The translations under genes and the position numbers were made by a program. 64,000 bases of DNA. Origin: Parcubacteria group bacterium Gr01-1014_13. GTDB taxonomy: Bacteria > Patescibacteriota > Patescibacteriia > Magasanikbacterales > GWA2-37-8. Positions 26,617-37,263 of the stretch are shown here, in pieces; position 1 is the first letter of the stretch, and the number at the start of each line of letters is the position of its first letter. The notes beneath the pieces are model-generated. The model did no database searches. It had not been told where the DNA came from and saw only the letters and a list, made by a program, of their open reading frames with translations. The stretch spans positions 71,106 to 135,105 of the forward strand of contig VMGB01000003.1 of NCBI GenBank assembly GCA_007376295.1, given 5' to 3'.

Positions 26617-27742
26617 TATTCGAAATTTAATGTCCCCTACTCGTACCGGTGTTGGCGAGTATACTTACGAACTTTTAAATTCGGTTTTTAAAATAGATAA
26701 AGAAAATCAATATTATCTTTTCTATAATTCCCATACCGATGTCACCCAACACACACCTCTTTGGCCGCAAGGCAACATTCATTATATCGCCACCAGATGG
26801 CCAAATAAATTATTTAATACTTCCATAAAAATTTTGGACTGGCCAAAATTAGATAAATTAATTTCTCGTAATTACAAACTGGATTATTTTTTCTCGCCAA
26901 ATTTAAATTTTACGGCGCTTTCAAAAAATATTAAAAAAATTTTAACAATCCACGATTTGTCATTTAAATTCTTTCCGCAATTTTTTTCTGCCAAACAAAG
27001 ATTGTGGCATTGGGCCATTAATCCAAAAAAACAATGTGGACGCGCCAATAATATTTTGGCACTTTCGGAAAATACCAAACGAGATCTGGTTAATTATTAC
27101 AAAATTCCAGCGGAAAAAATAAAAGTTAGCCCGGGAGGAATATCCGCAATTTTTAATAATCCTGTATTTGATAAAGAGAAAATAAAACAAAAATATAATT
27201 TGCCAAATAGATTTATACTCTGCTTGGGCGCAGTAGAGCCGCGCAAAAATATTATCGGCCTGATTGAAGCGTTTGAAAAAACTTACTCCCTACTCCCCAA
27301 TTCTTACTCTCTGGTAATCGCCGGTAGCGGCCGTGGTTGGAAAAACAAAGCTATCTATGCCAGAGCTTTGGCTTCACCGCTACGAGACAAAATAGAATTT
27401 ATTGGCTATGTAGACGCCGAAGATAAACCTGGGTTATACTCTCTAGCAGAGCTGTTTGTTTACCCAAGCTTCTATGAAGGCTTTGGATTTCCTGTTCTAG
27501 AGGCCATGGCTATGGGAGTGCCGGTAATTACCTCTAATTGCTCTTCTCTGCCAGAAATCACCGGCCAGGCCGCTTATCTGGTCAATCCTAACCGTCCAGC
27601 CGAGATTGCCGAGGGGATAATAAAAATGCTGACAGATGAAAAATTACGGGAGCATTTTAAAAAAGCGGGACTGGAACAGGTAAAAAAATTTAGTTGGGAC
27701 ATAACAGCCAAACAATGGCTAGAATTAATATCTACTCCATGA
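26597..27742 (+). CDS. GT4-family glycosyltransferase
   Basis: EGFGFPVLEAMAMGVPVITS motif. Overlaps both neighbours by a few nt, as in an operon. Confidence 0.75.
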   Translation: MLKIGVDIRNLMSPTRTGVGEYTYELLNSVFKIDKENQYYLFYNSHTDVTQHTPLWPQGNIHYIATRWPNKLFNTSIKILDWPKLDKLISRNYKLDYFFSPNLNFTALSKNIKKILTIHDLSFKFFPQFFSAKQRLWHWAINPKKQCGRANNILALSENTKRDLVNYYKIPAEKIKVSPGGISAIFNNPVFDKEKIKQKYNLPNRFILCLGAVEPRKNIIGLIEAFEKTYSLLPNSYSLVIAGSGRGWKNKAIYARALASPLRDKIEFIGYVDAEDKPGLYSLAELFVYPSFYEGFGFPVLEAMAMGVPVITSNCSSLPEITGQAAYLVNPNRPAEIAEGIIKMLTDEKLREHFKKAGLEQVKKFSWDITAKQWLELISTP

Positions 27743-28824
27743 AAATCCTCATTCTCCACGATTACTTTATCTACAAAGGCGGCGGCGAACGCTTGGTAAT
27801 AAGTCTGGCCAAAAATCTTGGCGCTGATATTGCCGCAGCTTTTATTTCCAAAGACGCCTTTGATCCGAGAGAAAGTGGAATAAACACAATTGAACTCTAC
27901 AAAGAAAAAGCTTGGTCACGCCTGCCCGGCTTTCGTTATCTGCAAGTACAATTTTCTTTTTTGTTTAAAACAGGTTTTGCTAAAAAATATGATGTTATAA
28001 TTTATAGCGGCGACTGCTTGATTGCGCTTACCAGATTACGAAATAAAAAAAATATCGCCTACATGCACACGCCACCCCGACATTTATACGACAATTACGG
28101 TGAACGATTAAAATCTTACCCGCTTTGGAAAAAAATAGTTTTTGTACCGTTTGTCTGGCTCAACCGCTGGCGTTTTTCATATCTAGCCAAACGACTAAAT
28201 GTTATTGTCACCAACTCTAAAAATACCCAAACGCGAATAAAGGAATACCTGGGCTTGGATTCCACTGTTGTTTATCCGCCTTGCAATACTTTGCCTTTCA
28301 AAAATCTTGGTTACGGCAACTATTTCTTCTCTTGGGCTCGACTCTATTCCATAAAACGAGTAGACAAAATCGTGGAAGCCTTTATCGGCATGCCAGATAA
28401 GAAATTAATTGTAGCTTCAGCTGGCCCAGAGCTGGAAAAAATCAAAAAAATGGCTATCGGACATGAAAATATTACTATTTTAGGCTGGATAAATGATAGC
28501 CAGCTGCTTGATTACCTAGGAAGATGCCTAGCCACAATTTATATCCCTGTTCGCGAAGATTTTGGCATGAGTGCCGTCGAATCTATGCAGGCTGGCAAGC
28601 CAGTAATTGGCGTGGCTGAAGGCGGATTGCTTGAAATTATTACTGACAACAAAAACGGCCTGCTCCTGAAGCCGGAATTTACCGTAGACGACTTGCGCGC
28701 GGCTGTACAGCAGCTGACACCAGCCCAGGCCCAGACTATGGAAAATGTTTGCTATCAAACAGCTCAAAAATTCAGCGAACAATCGTTTATAGAGGGGATG
28801 AAAAAGGTAATAAACGGTTCTTAA
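27739..28824 (+). CDS. GT4-family glycosyltransferase
   Basis: Start moved to MKILILHDYF (ATGA overlap with the upstream stop). EDFGMSAVESMQAGKPVIG motif. Confidence 0.7.
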   Translation: MKILILHDYFIYKGGGERLVISLAKNLGADIAAAFISKDAFDPRESGINTIELYKEKAWSRLPGFRYLQVQFSFLFKTGFAKKYDVIIYSGDCLIALTRLRNKKNIAYMHTPPRHLYDNYGERLKSYPLWKKIVFVPFVWLNRWRFSYLAKRLNVIVTNSKNTQTRIKEYLGLDSTVVYPPCNTLPFKNLGYGNYFFSWARLYSIKRVDKIVEAFIGMPDKKLIVASAGPELEKIKKMAIGHENITILGWINDSQLLDYLGRCLATIYIPVREDFGMSAVESMQAGKPVIGVAEGGLLEIITDNKNGLLLKPEFTVDDLRAAVQQLTPAQAQTMENVCYQTAQKFSEQSFIEGMKKVINGS

Positions 28825-28886
28825 GTTAGCAAAATCTTCAGTTAAAAACTCTTCGAATCTATACACAGGCCTTCGCATCAAAAAAG

Positions 28887-28895
28887 TGGTATAAT
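28887..28895 (+). promoter_or_regulatory. extended -10 promoter (TGgTATAAT) 28 nt upstream of 28924
   Basis: Perfect TGnTATAAT in AAAAAGTGGTATAATATACC. Confidence 0.35.
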
Positions 28896-28923
28896 ATACC
28901 TGTATTTTTGAGCGCAAACTCCA

Positions 28924-31347
28924 ATGTCCAAAGGAGCAAATACCACAAAAAAAATTCACTTGCGACGTTGCGCCGTCTGCCAAAAAGTTGGACACAATAA
29001 ATCCACTTGCCCAGAAGCGGTGGCGCAAAATATTGATAAACCGGTCAACCAACCGCTTAAGTTTTTTGTACATCATGTTAATTACAACAATCACCAATCC
29101 CCTCATCTAGTAAACCTCAAAGAACACAAAAAAAATCTTTACGAAGATGTACAATCAGTTGGGCCGAAAAAAAATACAGAATTTTATTTTGATCATGACA
29201 CGCCGGTAAAACAAATTCCAAAAATAACTACGCCTTCTTTTAGTCCAAATATAAAAGCCAATAAACGAGCGACAAATACAACACAAAAAAAATCAACTTC
29301 AAATTTAGGACAAAATATAAAAACAGCTTTTGATAAAGCTTCTAGCGCTGTCGCGCCCAAACATTTGGCCGGAGTAGCCATGGTAATTTTATTTTTATTA
29401 TTCGTGCCATCCAGAGCCCGTACTTATTATTTTGATTTAAAATCTACAGCCAATAAAATTTCCGATAACAGCACTGCCGGGTTTTCGGCACTACAAGATT
29501 CCACTTCTGCGCTCATGAGCGGCAACCTGGAAGGCGCGCAGGAATCCTTAACTGGCGCTTTGCAAAATTTTGACAAGGCTGTCAAAGTCTTAAATAGCGA
29601 GCATCAAATTTTACAAAAAATAGTTTCCGTTGTGCCGATAATGAACGGCGAGATGCAAAGCCGACAAAGACTTATTACTGCCGGACAAGAAATATCTCTT
29701 GGCAACACTTACTTACTTAAAGGATTATCTGAAATTCGCGCTGTCAGTTCCACCATTACCAAAAATCTGGCTTTGCTTGGTGAACATCTAAGATTTTCTT
29801 TACCTCACTACCAGACAGCTTTGATCGACTTAAACAAAGTCGACTCCGATGTTTTACCATTTGAATACCAAAATACTTTCAAAGAATTCCGCATACTGTT
29901 CAATGCCTATGTTGGTGATTTAGAAAAAATTGCCAAATTAAACAGCGCCGTACAAGAAATTTTTGGCGGGCAAGGACTACGTCGTTACCTTCTGGTCTTC
30001 CAAAACCCAGACGAACTACGGGCCACCGGCGGCTTTATGGGCAGTTTTGCTTTACTTGACATCAAAGATGGAGATATTGTAAAAATAGATATACCTGCCG
30101 GCGGTACATACGATTTACAAGGCCAACTTTCCCAATATGTAGCACCGCCCACACCTCTTTTATTATCTAATAAACGCTGGGAATTCCAAGACGCAAATTG
30201 GTTTCCAGATTTTCCGGCCAGCGCCAAAAAAATACTTTGGTTCTACCGCCATGGCCGCAACATGACAGCCGATGGAGTAATCTCTATTAATGCCACTGTT
30301 TTAAACCGCCTACTTTCAATCGTTGGTCCGGTGGTTGAAGAAAATCATAACGTAGTTATCGACAAAGAAACTGCTCTAACCACAATACAACATATCGTTG
30401 AATACGGACCAGAGAAAAAAGAAAACAAACCAAAACAAATTCTCTCTGATCTGGCTCCGATATTTATCAGTAATTTCAAAAAAATGAAAGCTGAAGCAGT
30501 GCTACCAATGCTTGCCAACCTGCAAGAGGCTCTGCAAGAAAAAGAAATTCAATCCTACTTTACAGATACTGAAACCGAAAACACTATCAAAGAATTTGGC
30601 TGGAGCGGGGAGATTTTAAAGACAAACCCAGACCAAGATTATTTATTTGTAGTAAATACTAACATTCAAGGACAAAAAAGTGATGCTAGAATCAAACAAA
30701 CTATTAGCCACCAGGCAATAGTTCAACCCGATGGCACTATTCTCGATAGCGTGGTAATATCTAGAGAACACACCGGTCAAGCTGAAGAAAAACTATACGG
30801 ACAAACTAATATTGATTACTTACGAATCTACGTACCGGCCGGCAGTGAGTTAGTAAGGGCCAGTGGTTTTATCTGGCCGGATGAACAAATCTTCCGAGCT
30901 CCGGAAAGCTGGTATGAAAAAGATGCTACGCTAAGCGATTTGGAAAAAGAAATCAGCATAGACAGTAAATCCGGCACCCGCATTACCAGTGAATTTGGCA
31001 AAACAGCTTTTGCCAATTGGCTTATCACTGAACCCGGCCAAACCAACCAAATACAATTTATTTACAAACTCCCCTTCAAAGCCTGGGAACAACCAGAAGA
31101 CCGAAGCTTAAACAACTGGGCCAAAATATTTCAATCCGAGGATCCGAGTTCCAAGTACCAATTAATCGTCCAGAAACAATCCGGCATAACCAGCAACTTC
31201 GATAGCCAGATAATTTACCCCGAAGGTTGGTCGCCGATTTGGCAAAATGGAGATGGTGTAAACTTGGCCAGCAATGGCGCGGCTATAAACTCCACCGAAT
31301 TGAACAATGATAAAATATGGAGTTTAGTTATGAAAAAAAATGAATAA
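28924..31347 (+). CDS. large membrane-anchored hypothetical protein, DUF4012-like, with an N-terminal CxxC zinc-ribbon
   Basis: CAVCQKVGHNKSTCPE Zn-ribbon, a TM helix near residue 150, and ELRATGGFMGSFALLD, which resembles the DUF4012 signature seen in cell-envelope loci. No other motifs. Confidence 0.45.
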   Translation: MSKGANTTKKIHLRRCAVCQKVGHNKSTCPEAVAQNIDKPVNQPLKFFVHHVNYNNHQSPHLVNLKEHKKNLYEDVQSVGPKKNTEFYFDHDTPVKQIPKITTPSFSPNIKANKRATNTTQKKSTSNLGQNIKTAFDKASSAVAPKHLAGVAMVILFLLFVPSRARTYYFDLKSTANKISDNSTAGFSALQDSTSALMSGNLEGAQESLTGALQNFDKAVKVLNSEHQILQKIVSVVPIMNGEMQSRQRLITAGQEISLGNTYLLKGLSEIRAVSSTITKNLALLGEHLRFSLPHYQTALIDLNKVDSDVLPFEYQNTFKEFRILFNAYVGDLEKIAKLNSAVQEIFGGQGLRRYLLVFQNPDELRATGGFMGSFALLDIKDGDIVKIDIPAGGTYDLQGQLSQYVAPPTPLLLSNKRWEFQDANWFPDFPASAKKILWFYRHGRNMTADGVISINATVLNRLLSIVGPVVEENHNVVIDKETALTTIQHIVEYGPEKKENKPKQILSDLAPIFISNFKKMKAEAVLPMLANLQEALQEKEIQSYFTDTETENTIKEFGWSGEILKTNPDQDYLFVVNTNIQGQKSDARIKQTISHQAIVQPDGTILDSVVISREHTGQAEEKLYGQTNIDYLRIYVPAGSELVRASGFIWPDEQIFRAPESWYEKDATLSDLEKEISIDSKSGTRITSEFGKTAFANWLITEPGQTNQIQFIYKLPFKAWEQPEDRSLNNWAKIFQSEDPSSKYQLIVQKQSGITSNFDSQIIYPEGWSPIWQNGDGVNLASNGAAINSTELNNDKIWSLVMKKNE

Positions 31348-31374
31348 GGATTTATACATTTAAGATTTACTACT

Positions 31375-33264
31375 ATGGCCTTAGAAATACCATCATTCTC
31401 CTCCAAGCCGCTAACCGAAACAGACGCTCCGGAAACAAAACCAAAACGCAAAGGGGCCAGTTCGCCAAGGAAAAAGCGCGAACCTAAAAAATCAGAAGAA
31501 GGCTCAAACAAACAGACAAAATTATCCCGGCAACTAACTCAAATTTACCAAGACAACGAAGGCCATTTACCTGATATGCGAAAAATAAAAATTAAAAAAA
31601 ATCACTCTGGGTTTAAAACCTTTTTTGTTGTTGTTTTTATAGGCGGATTATTAGCCGCAGTAGCTTGGGCTGGCCTTTTTTTGATGCCCAACAGCAAAAA
31701 ATTCGCAGAAGGGCAAATCAATTTAAGTATTGCTGGGCCAGAAAATATAATTTCCGGAACAGCCACCACTTATACAATTTCTTATGAAAACAATCAAAGC
31801 CTGGCTTTAAAAAAGGCAACTTTAAATGTCCAATACCCGCAAGGTTTTATATTCTTATCCAGCGACGTTGATTCAAATAACTCCGGCCATACGGAATGGC
31901 AATTAGATGAAATAGGAGCACACAAAAAAAGAGAGATTAAGATTACAGGCCTAACCTACGGATCATTAAACCAAACAAAATCATGGCGAGCGTTCCTAAC
32001 CTACAAACCAGAAAATTTCGGCTCTGAACTGCAGAAGGCGTCCTTTTTGAATGTCACTGTAGCTAAATCCCCATATTCCCTAGGTGTTAGCGGATCCAAC
32101 AAAGCTATTACCGGCAACACAGCTGAATATTCTTTCACTGTAAAAAAAGAAGAGGCGTCGGAAATAACTAAACTGGAGCTAAAACCTTCCTGGCCACAAA
32201 ATTTCTACATCACATCATCTTCTCCGGCACTAAGCAAAGATTCCAAATGGACAATAGAGCCAAATAAAGATTCCTCTTCTGATTGGACTTTCAAAATCAC
32301 CGGAAAATTCTCCAGCTCCACAGCAAATTCCGGCGATATTTCCGGTGTACTTTCCACAATAAATAATAAAAATACCTTTACTTTAGCTGATGCCAAAGCA
32401 ACTACAGAACTAACCCAAAATGACCTGGATTTAAACCTGGCCATAAACGGATCTCTAACCAACTTCAGCAGTCAGCCTGGAGATAATTTAAACATAACTC
32501 TCTCCTTAAAAAATCAAAGCGCCAATGACTTAAAAAACGTTTCCCTAAAACTCATTCTGGAAGCACCATCGGCAAAAAGACTAAGCCTGCTCGATTGGGG
32601 AAAAATTTCAGACAAGTTTGATGGCGATATACGCGGCATACAAATTAATGATGACGTGAGAAGCGGAGAAATTACTTGGGGCAAAGCCAAAGTTGCCGAC
32701 TTGGCCAAAATAAACAAAAACCAAGAAGTTGGTCTTGATATTCAATTGCCAATAAAAAATGATTCGTCATTCGATCTATCGGCCCTAAAAGGATCCTCTC
32801 AAATCAAAGCGGTGGCCGAAGTAAGCTTCAAAGATGCTGACAACGTTTCCCACACTTACTCTAGCAACCAGATAATTATCACCGTAAATTCAGACTTAAA
32901 ATTTGAAGCTCGTGATTCGGCTTCTGGCGAAAAACATCAAATCAGCTGGGTGCTGACAAATAATTTTCATCCTTTAAAAAATATTTCTTTGTCGGCTGAT
33001 GTTTACGGTGATGCAAAAGTAGAGCTGCCAACTCCCACTCCGGCCGGAGAAGTAACTTTTGATTCGTCAAACAAAAAAATTACCTGGACCATAGCCGAAA
33101 TGCCTCAAAGCGTAGATACCCTGGCTTTGCCAATCACTATAACTTTAAACAAAGTTAATCCTACTCAACAGTTGTTAATTTCTAAAGTTCATATCCAAGC
33201 AGAAGATACGGTAACCGGAGAAAAACTTGATTTTATGGGTGAAGAAGTGGGACTCAACCAATAA
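31375..33264 (+). CDS. hypothetical membrane-anchored extracellular protein with multiple beta-rich repeat modules
   Basis: Basic N-terminus, one TM helix (FFVVVFIGGLLAAVAWAGLFL), and a long S/T/N-rich ectodomain. Confidence 0.45.
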   Translation: MALEIPSFSSKPLTETDAPETKPKRKGASSPRKKREPKKSEEGSNKQTKLSRQLTQIYQDNEGHLPDMRKIKIKKNHSGFKTFFVVVFIGGLLAAVAWAGLFLMPNSKKFAEGQINLSIAGPENIISGTATTYTISYENNQSLALKKATLNVQYPQGFIFLSSDVDSNNSGHTEWQLDEIGAHKKREIKITGLTYGSLNQTKSWRAFLTYKPENFGSELQKASFLNVTVAKSPYSLGVSGSNKAITGNTAEYSFTVKKEEASEITKLELKPSWPQNFYITSSSPALSKDSKWTIEPNKDSSSDWTFKITGKFSSSTANSGDISGVLSTINNKNTFTLADAKATTELTQNDLDLNLAINGSLTNFSSQPGDNLNITLSLKNQSANDLKNVSLKLILEAPSAKRLSLLDWGKISDKFDGDIRGIQINDDVRSGEITWGKAKVADLAKINKNQEVGLDIQLPIKNDSSFDLSALKGSSQIKAVAEVSFKDADNVSHTYSSNQIIITVNSDLKFEARDSASGEKHQISWVLTNNFHPLKNISLSADVYGDAKVELPTPTPAGEVTFDSSNKKITWTIAEMPQSVDTLALPITITLNKVNPTQQLLISKVHIQAEDTVTGEKLDFMGEEVGLNQ

Positions 33265-34188
33265 TTAGTGCTTCTGTAAAAATTCTTTTATCATTTTATC
33301 GGCCAGCGCCAAATCGCTGTTTTTTATCCAAATAATACTTTTGTCGCGCTTAAACCAGGTCATCTGTCTTTTGGCATAACGCCTGGTATCACGTTTCAAA
33401 ATTTCTATAGCTTCATTTTGCGTCATTTCTCCTCGCAAATAAAATCCTATCTGCTTGTAACCAATGCCGCTCATGCTAGGCAAAGTCCATTTATATTTCT
33501 TAGCTAATTTCTTTGTTTCTTCAATCAATCCTTCGGCAATTTGTCCATCAACACGAGTATTAATTCGTTTATATAATTCTTCGCGCGGCAGATCTATACC
33601 AATCTGCAAAACCTCATAAACAGGCTTTGATTTTGTTTGTTGTTTAGAAAAAGACTTGCCAGTTTGAATCACTACTTCCAAGGCACGCAAAACTCGTCGC
33701 GGATTTTTTAAATCTATTTTCTCCGCAGTTTCCGGATCCATTTTTTCAAGCATGACTATCAACTCAGGTAATTTCTTCTTCTCAAACTCTTCTCGTAAAT
33801 CCTTGTTTGGTGCAACTTTTGGAATATCCAAATTTTCTACTAACGCCTGAATATATAATCCTGTGCCGCCAACTACTATTGGTAATTTTTTTCTGCTTAA
33901 AATATCTTTTATTGATTTTGTCGCCATAGCCTTGTAATCAGCCAGACTAAAATCTTTTTTTGGATCCACAATATCCATCAGGTGATGCGGGATACCCTCA
34001 ACAACAAACACTTTTTTGTTTTCCCACTCACCTATTGGCTTAGCTGTGCCAATATCCATTTTTTTGTAAACTTGACGCGAATCTGCAGACACAATTTCAC
34101 CGTTGAATTTTTTTGCCAATGCCAAACCCAGATCTGTTTTGCCAGACGCTGTGGGCCCGAGGATGACAATAATTTTAGGAAGTGGCAT
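33265..34188 (-). CDS. miaA: tRNA dimethylallyltransferase
   Basis: IVILGPTASGKTDLGLALAKKFNGEIVSADSRQVYKKMDIGTAKP matches the MiaA N-terminal P-loop block. Confidence 0.9.
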   Translation of the reverse strand: MPLPKIIVILGPTASGKTDLGLALAKKFNGEIVSADSRQVYKKMDIGTAKPIGEWENKKVFVVEGIPHHLMDIVDPKKDFSLADYKAMATKSIKDILSRKKLPIVVGGTGLYIQALVENLDIPKVAPNKDLREEFEKKKLPELIVMLEKMDPETAEKIDLKNPRRVLRALEVVIQTGKSFSKQQTKSKPVYEVLQIGIDLPREELYKRINTRVDGQIAEGLIEETKKLAKKYKWTLPSMSGIGYKQIGFYLRGEMTQNEAIEILKRDTRRYAKRQMTWFKRDKSIIWIKNSDLALADKMIKEFLQKH

Positions 34189-35932
34189 TTCTTTCGAGAA
34201 TTTCTTTTCTCACTTTGGCTATGAAGTCTTCTTTACTCATTTGAATTTGATCTTTCTGACCTCGCACGCGTATCATCCACGGTTCACCGGATAATTCTTT
34301 GTCGCCTACAACCACAATATATGGAATTTTTTGTCCGGCAGCTTTACGCACCTTGTTGCCAATAGTTTCGTCAGCTTCATCTGTGGCTACGCGTATTCCT
34401 AAGGCTTCCAGATCGGCGCTCAGCTCTCTGGCGCCATCCACATGCTTACTCGACACTGGAGCTAACTGTACTTGAATTGGCGAAATCCATACCGGAAAAG
34501 CACCACCGTGATGCTCGATTAAAACTGCTAAAAATCTCTCTATTGAACCCATTATCGCAGCGTGAATCATCACTACTCTTTCTTTTTCACCCTGTTCATT
34601 CACGCAAGTTAAATCAAAACGTTCCGGTTGATTGCGATCAATTTGGATAGTAGCTACCTGCCAATCACGACCAATAGAATCTTTAGCCATAAAATCTATT
34701 TTCGGCCCGTACATGGCGGCTTCGCCGATTGCTTCAAAGGCTTCTGCTCCCCGTTCTTTTACTAATTCACGCAATTGTTTTTCTGTTTGTTCCCAAACTT
34801 CTTTGGTACCTAAATATTGTGAGAATTTTTCCGGATCATGGAGAGAAAGACGAACTCGTAAATTACCAAAGCCAACGGCTTTGTAAAAACGTTCAATAAT
34901 ATCCCAGATTTTAAACATTTCTTCTTTTACCTGGCTTTCGCGACAAAAGACATGCGCATCATCTTGGGTAAAACCACGCACGCGTAAAAGACCGTGTAAT
35001 TCTCCAGTCTGCTCATCGCGGTAAACCATAGTAGTTTCGGCATAACGCTGTGGCAAATCGCGATAACTGCGTGATAAGTGATTATATATCTGAGTATGGT
35101 GCGGACAATTCATTGGCTTCATCGCAAACTCATGGCCTTCACGAGTATTTATCTTTAACAAGTCATCTTTAAACTTGTCCCAATGTCCGCTAGTTTCGTA
35201 TAATTCTTTTTTGGTGATATGCGGAATAGTAACTTTCATATAGCCACGCTCTTTGCGTAACTCCCAAACAAAATCATCCAAAGTTGTGCGCAGCAATGTG
35301 CCTTTCGGTGTCCACAAAGCCAGTCCAGCCCCAACTAAATCAGAGAAAGTAAACAAATCAAGTTCTGCGCCCAATTTTCTATGGTCGCGTTTTTTAGCTT
35401 CTTCGAGTTGCAATAGATAAGCGTCTAATTTTTCGGCGGTAGAAAAAAGCAGGCCATAGATACGGGTAAGCATTGGATTTTTTTCGCTTCCACGCCAATA
35501 GGCTCCGGCCACCCGGTGGAGTTTCAAACCATCAACCGGAATCTCTTTGGTATTTTCTACATGGCCACCGCGGCACAAATCTTGAAAAGGACCAGATTCA
35601 TATATAGTGAGCTCTTTGCCATCACCAGCAAATTCATTTATGAGTTCCAACTTGAACGGCTGGTCTTTTTGCTCTTCTTTGGCTTCGGCTACAGATACCT
35701 TACGGCCCAAGAATTTATGATGGCCTTTGATTATTTTTTTCATTGTGGACTCAATTTTTGGCAGATCGTTTTCGGAAACCACTACTCCTTCTGGAAAAAG
35801 AAAATCATAATAAAAACCATTCTCAATGGTGGGCCCAATGGCCAGTTTGGTGCCGGGATATAATTCTAAAACTGCCGCTGCTAACATGTGCGCGGCTGAA
35901 TGACGAATATTTTCTAAATTTTGCTCACTCAT
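34175..35932 (-). CDS. thrS: threonine--tRNA ligase (catalytic and anticodon-binding domains, lacking the N-terminal TGS extension)
   Basis: RHSAAHMLAAAV, class II motifs (HRGEFGL-like, FTQDDAHVFC), C-terminal anticodon-binding domain. 14-nt overlap with miaA. Confidence 0.9.
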   Translation of the reverse strand: MSEQNLENIRHSAAHMLAAAVLELYPGTKLAIGPTIENGFYYDFLFPEGVVVSENDLPKIESTMKKIIKGHHKFLGRKVSVAEAKEEQKDQPFKLELINEFAGDGKELTIYESGPFQDLCRGGHVENTKEIPVDGLKLHRVAGAYWRGSEKNPMLTRIYGLLFSTAEKLDAYLLQLEEAKKRDHRKLGAELDLFTFSDLVGAGLALWTPKGTLLRTTLDDFVWELRKERGYMKVTIPHITKKELYETSGHWDKFKDDLLKINTREGHEFAMKPMNCPHHTQIYNHLSRSYRDLPQRYAETTMVYRDEQTGELHGLLRVRGFTQDDAHVFCRESQVKEEMFKIWDIIERFYKAVGFGNLRVRLSLHDPEKFSQYLGTKEVWEQTEKQLRELVKERGAEAFEAIGEAAMYGPKIDFMAKDSIGRDWQVATIQIDRNQPERFDLTCVNEQGEKERVVMIHAAIMGSIERFLAVLIEHHGGAFPVWISPIQVQLAPVSSKHVDGARELSADLEALGIRVATDEADETIGNKVRKAAGQKIPYIVVVGDKELSGEPWMIRVRGQKDQIQMSKEDFIAKVRKEILERNATS

Positions 35933-36004
35933 ACTACTGTTTAACTCTTTAATTAAAAACCCCGTACGCTTTAATGTATCGGGGTCTTAGGTTATTGTCA
36001 AATA

Positions 36005-37150
36005 CTACTGCACATTTTTTACAATCACCTGCACCCTGTCGGCCACGGCCGGCGCGCTTCGCATCCAAGATGGAGAAAACTTCACATCTACCCCTACCAC
36101 ATGTCCCAAACCAAAAATATATCTTTCGATTTCGTCTTTGCTTTTTCCAAAAAAATTGACGGCTGCTAATTTATCTCCGTTGGCATCCAAAGTTACCAGC
36201 ACGTCCTGATAAACTGAAAATCTGGCTTTTTGTTTTTCTAAATCATAACTGGCCAAAGAAACTTGCGGCTCTTTGCTGACAGATAAAACTTTTTCTGTAG
36301 TTGCGTCGACATGACTGGAAATTTCTTTTGCTAAAACTGATTTTAAATCATCGGTGTTATAAAATACAATTACAACCGTGCTGGTACCTGCCAAGTTGAA
36401 CTCGGTAATTTCTTCTCCGACTTTACGGTCGGCCTTTACATTACGGCTGGGAACAAAAATTAATTTTTGATTAAAGGATCCGTTTTTTCCAAGGAAACTA
36501 GATATTTCTTGTTTCACTTTTTCAACATAATCAGCTTCAGCAGATTTTAAATCGTCCGCGCTTAATACCCCGACCGTTCTTATCCCGCCCACCATAGCTT
36601 TGGCACTGTCGGCGTAAATAACTTTTTGCTTTTCTTCATTTAAACCGGGAATAGTAAATTTACTCGGACCAATATTTCCGGAAGCTCCCGGCTGATCAGC
36701 ATAGACACTAGCCGTAATTTGACCATTTGCCGGTATAATTACTCTCTCGGACAAACGAAACAATACTCCGGCTGGAGTGAGCAGACGAGTTGTTTTGACG
36801 AGTGTTTGAGGCGCGCCAGTGTCATTATGTAGAGTTACAGAACCAACAGCCAAACCAGTAGTTGTTTTGTTGCCGGTTGGAAAATATTTTTGTGACCATT
36901 TGAATTCAGTTGTTGTAACCAGGCCTGCAATTGATGAGTCACTAGTTTTTTCTTTGGCAACGCTGATGTCTAAATTAACATTTTTATTATCTGTTTTGGC
37001 CACCACCACAATAGTGGCTTTTTTTGAAGTAAAAAATATTATTATTCCAAGCAACACAAGAGCGACTACCAAAAAGGTGCCGGCAATAGTACGATAAAAG
37101 CCCACCGACGGTTCGGGTACTAATTTGGTCGTAACGCGATGAGTGATCAT
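36005..37150 (-). CDS. hypothetical membrane-anchored protein
   Basis: Single N-terminal TM (FLVVALVLLGIIIFF), followed by a T/V/G-rich beta-type ectodomain. Confidence 0.45.
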   Translation of the reverse strand: MITHRVTTKLVPEPSVGFYRTIAGTFLVVALVLLGIIIFFTSKKATIVVVAKTDNKNVNLDISVAKEKTSDSSIAGLVTTTEFKWSQKYFPTGNKTTTGLAVGSVTLHNDTGAPQTLVKTTRLLTPAGVLFRLSERVIIPANGQITASVYADQPGASGNIGPSKFTIPGLNEEKQKVIYADSAKAMVGGIRTVGVLSADDLKSAEADYVEKVKQEISSFLGKNGSFNQKLIFVPSRNVKADRKVGEEITEFNLAGTSTVVIVFYNTDDLKSVLAKEISSHVDATTEKVLSVSKEPQVSLASYDLEKQKARFSVYQDVLVTLDANGDKLAAVNFFGKSKDEIERYIFGLGHVVGVDVKFSPSWMRSAPAVADRVQVIVKNVQ

Positions 37151-37263
37151 AGAAGAGAGTCCCTAATTTCTAAAATTATTATATCATAAAAATCACAATA
37201 AGACTAACCTGTGCATAAGTAAATAAAAACCCAGTATTCTTTACGAATACTGGGGTGCTCTCC

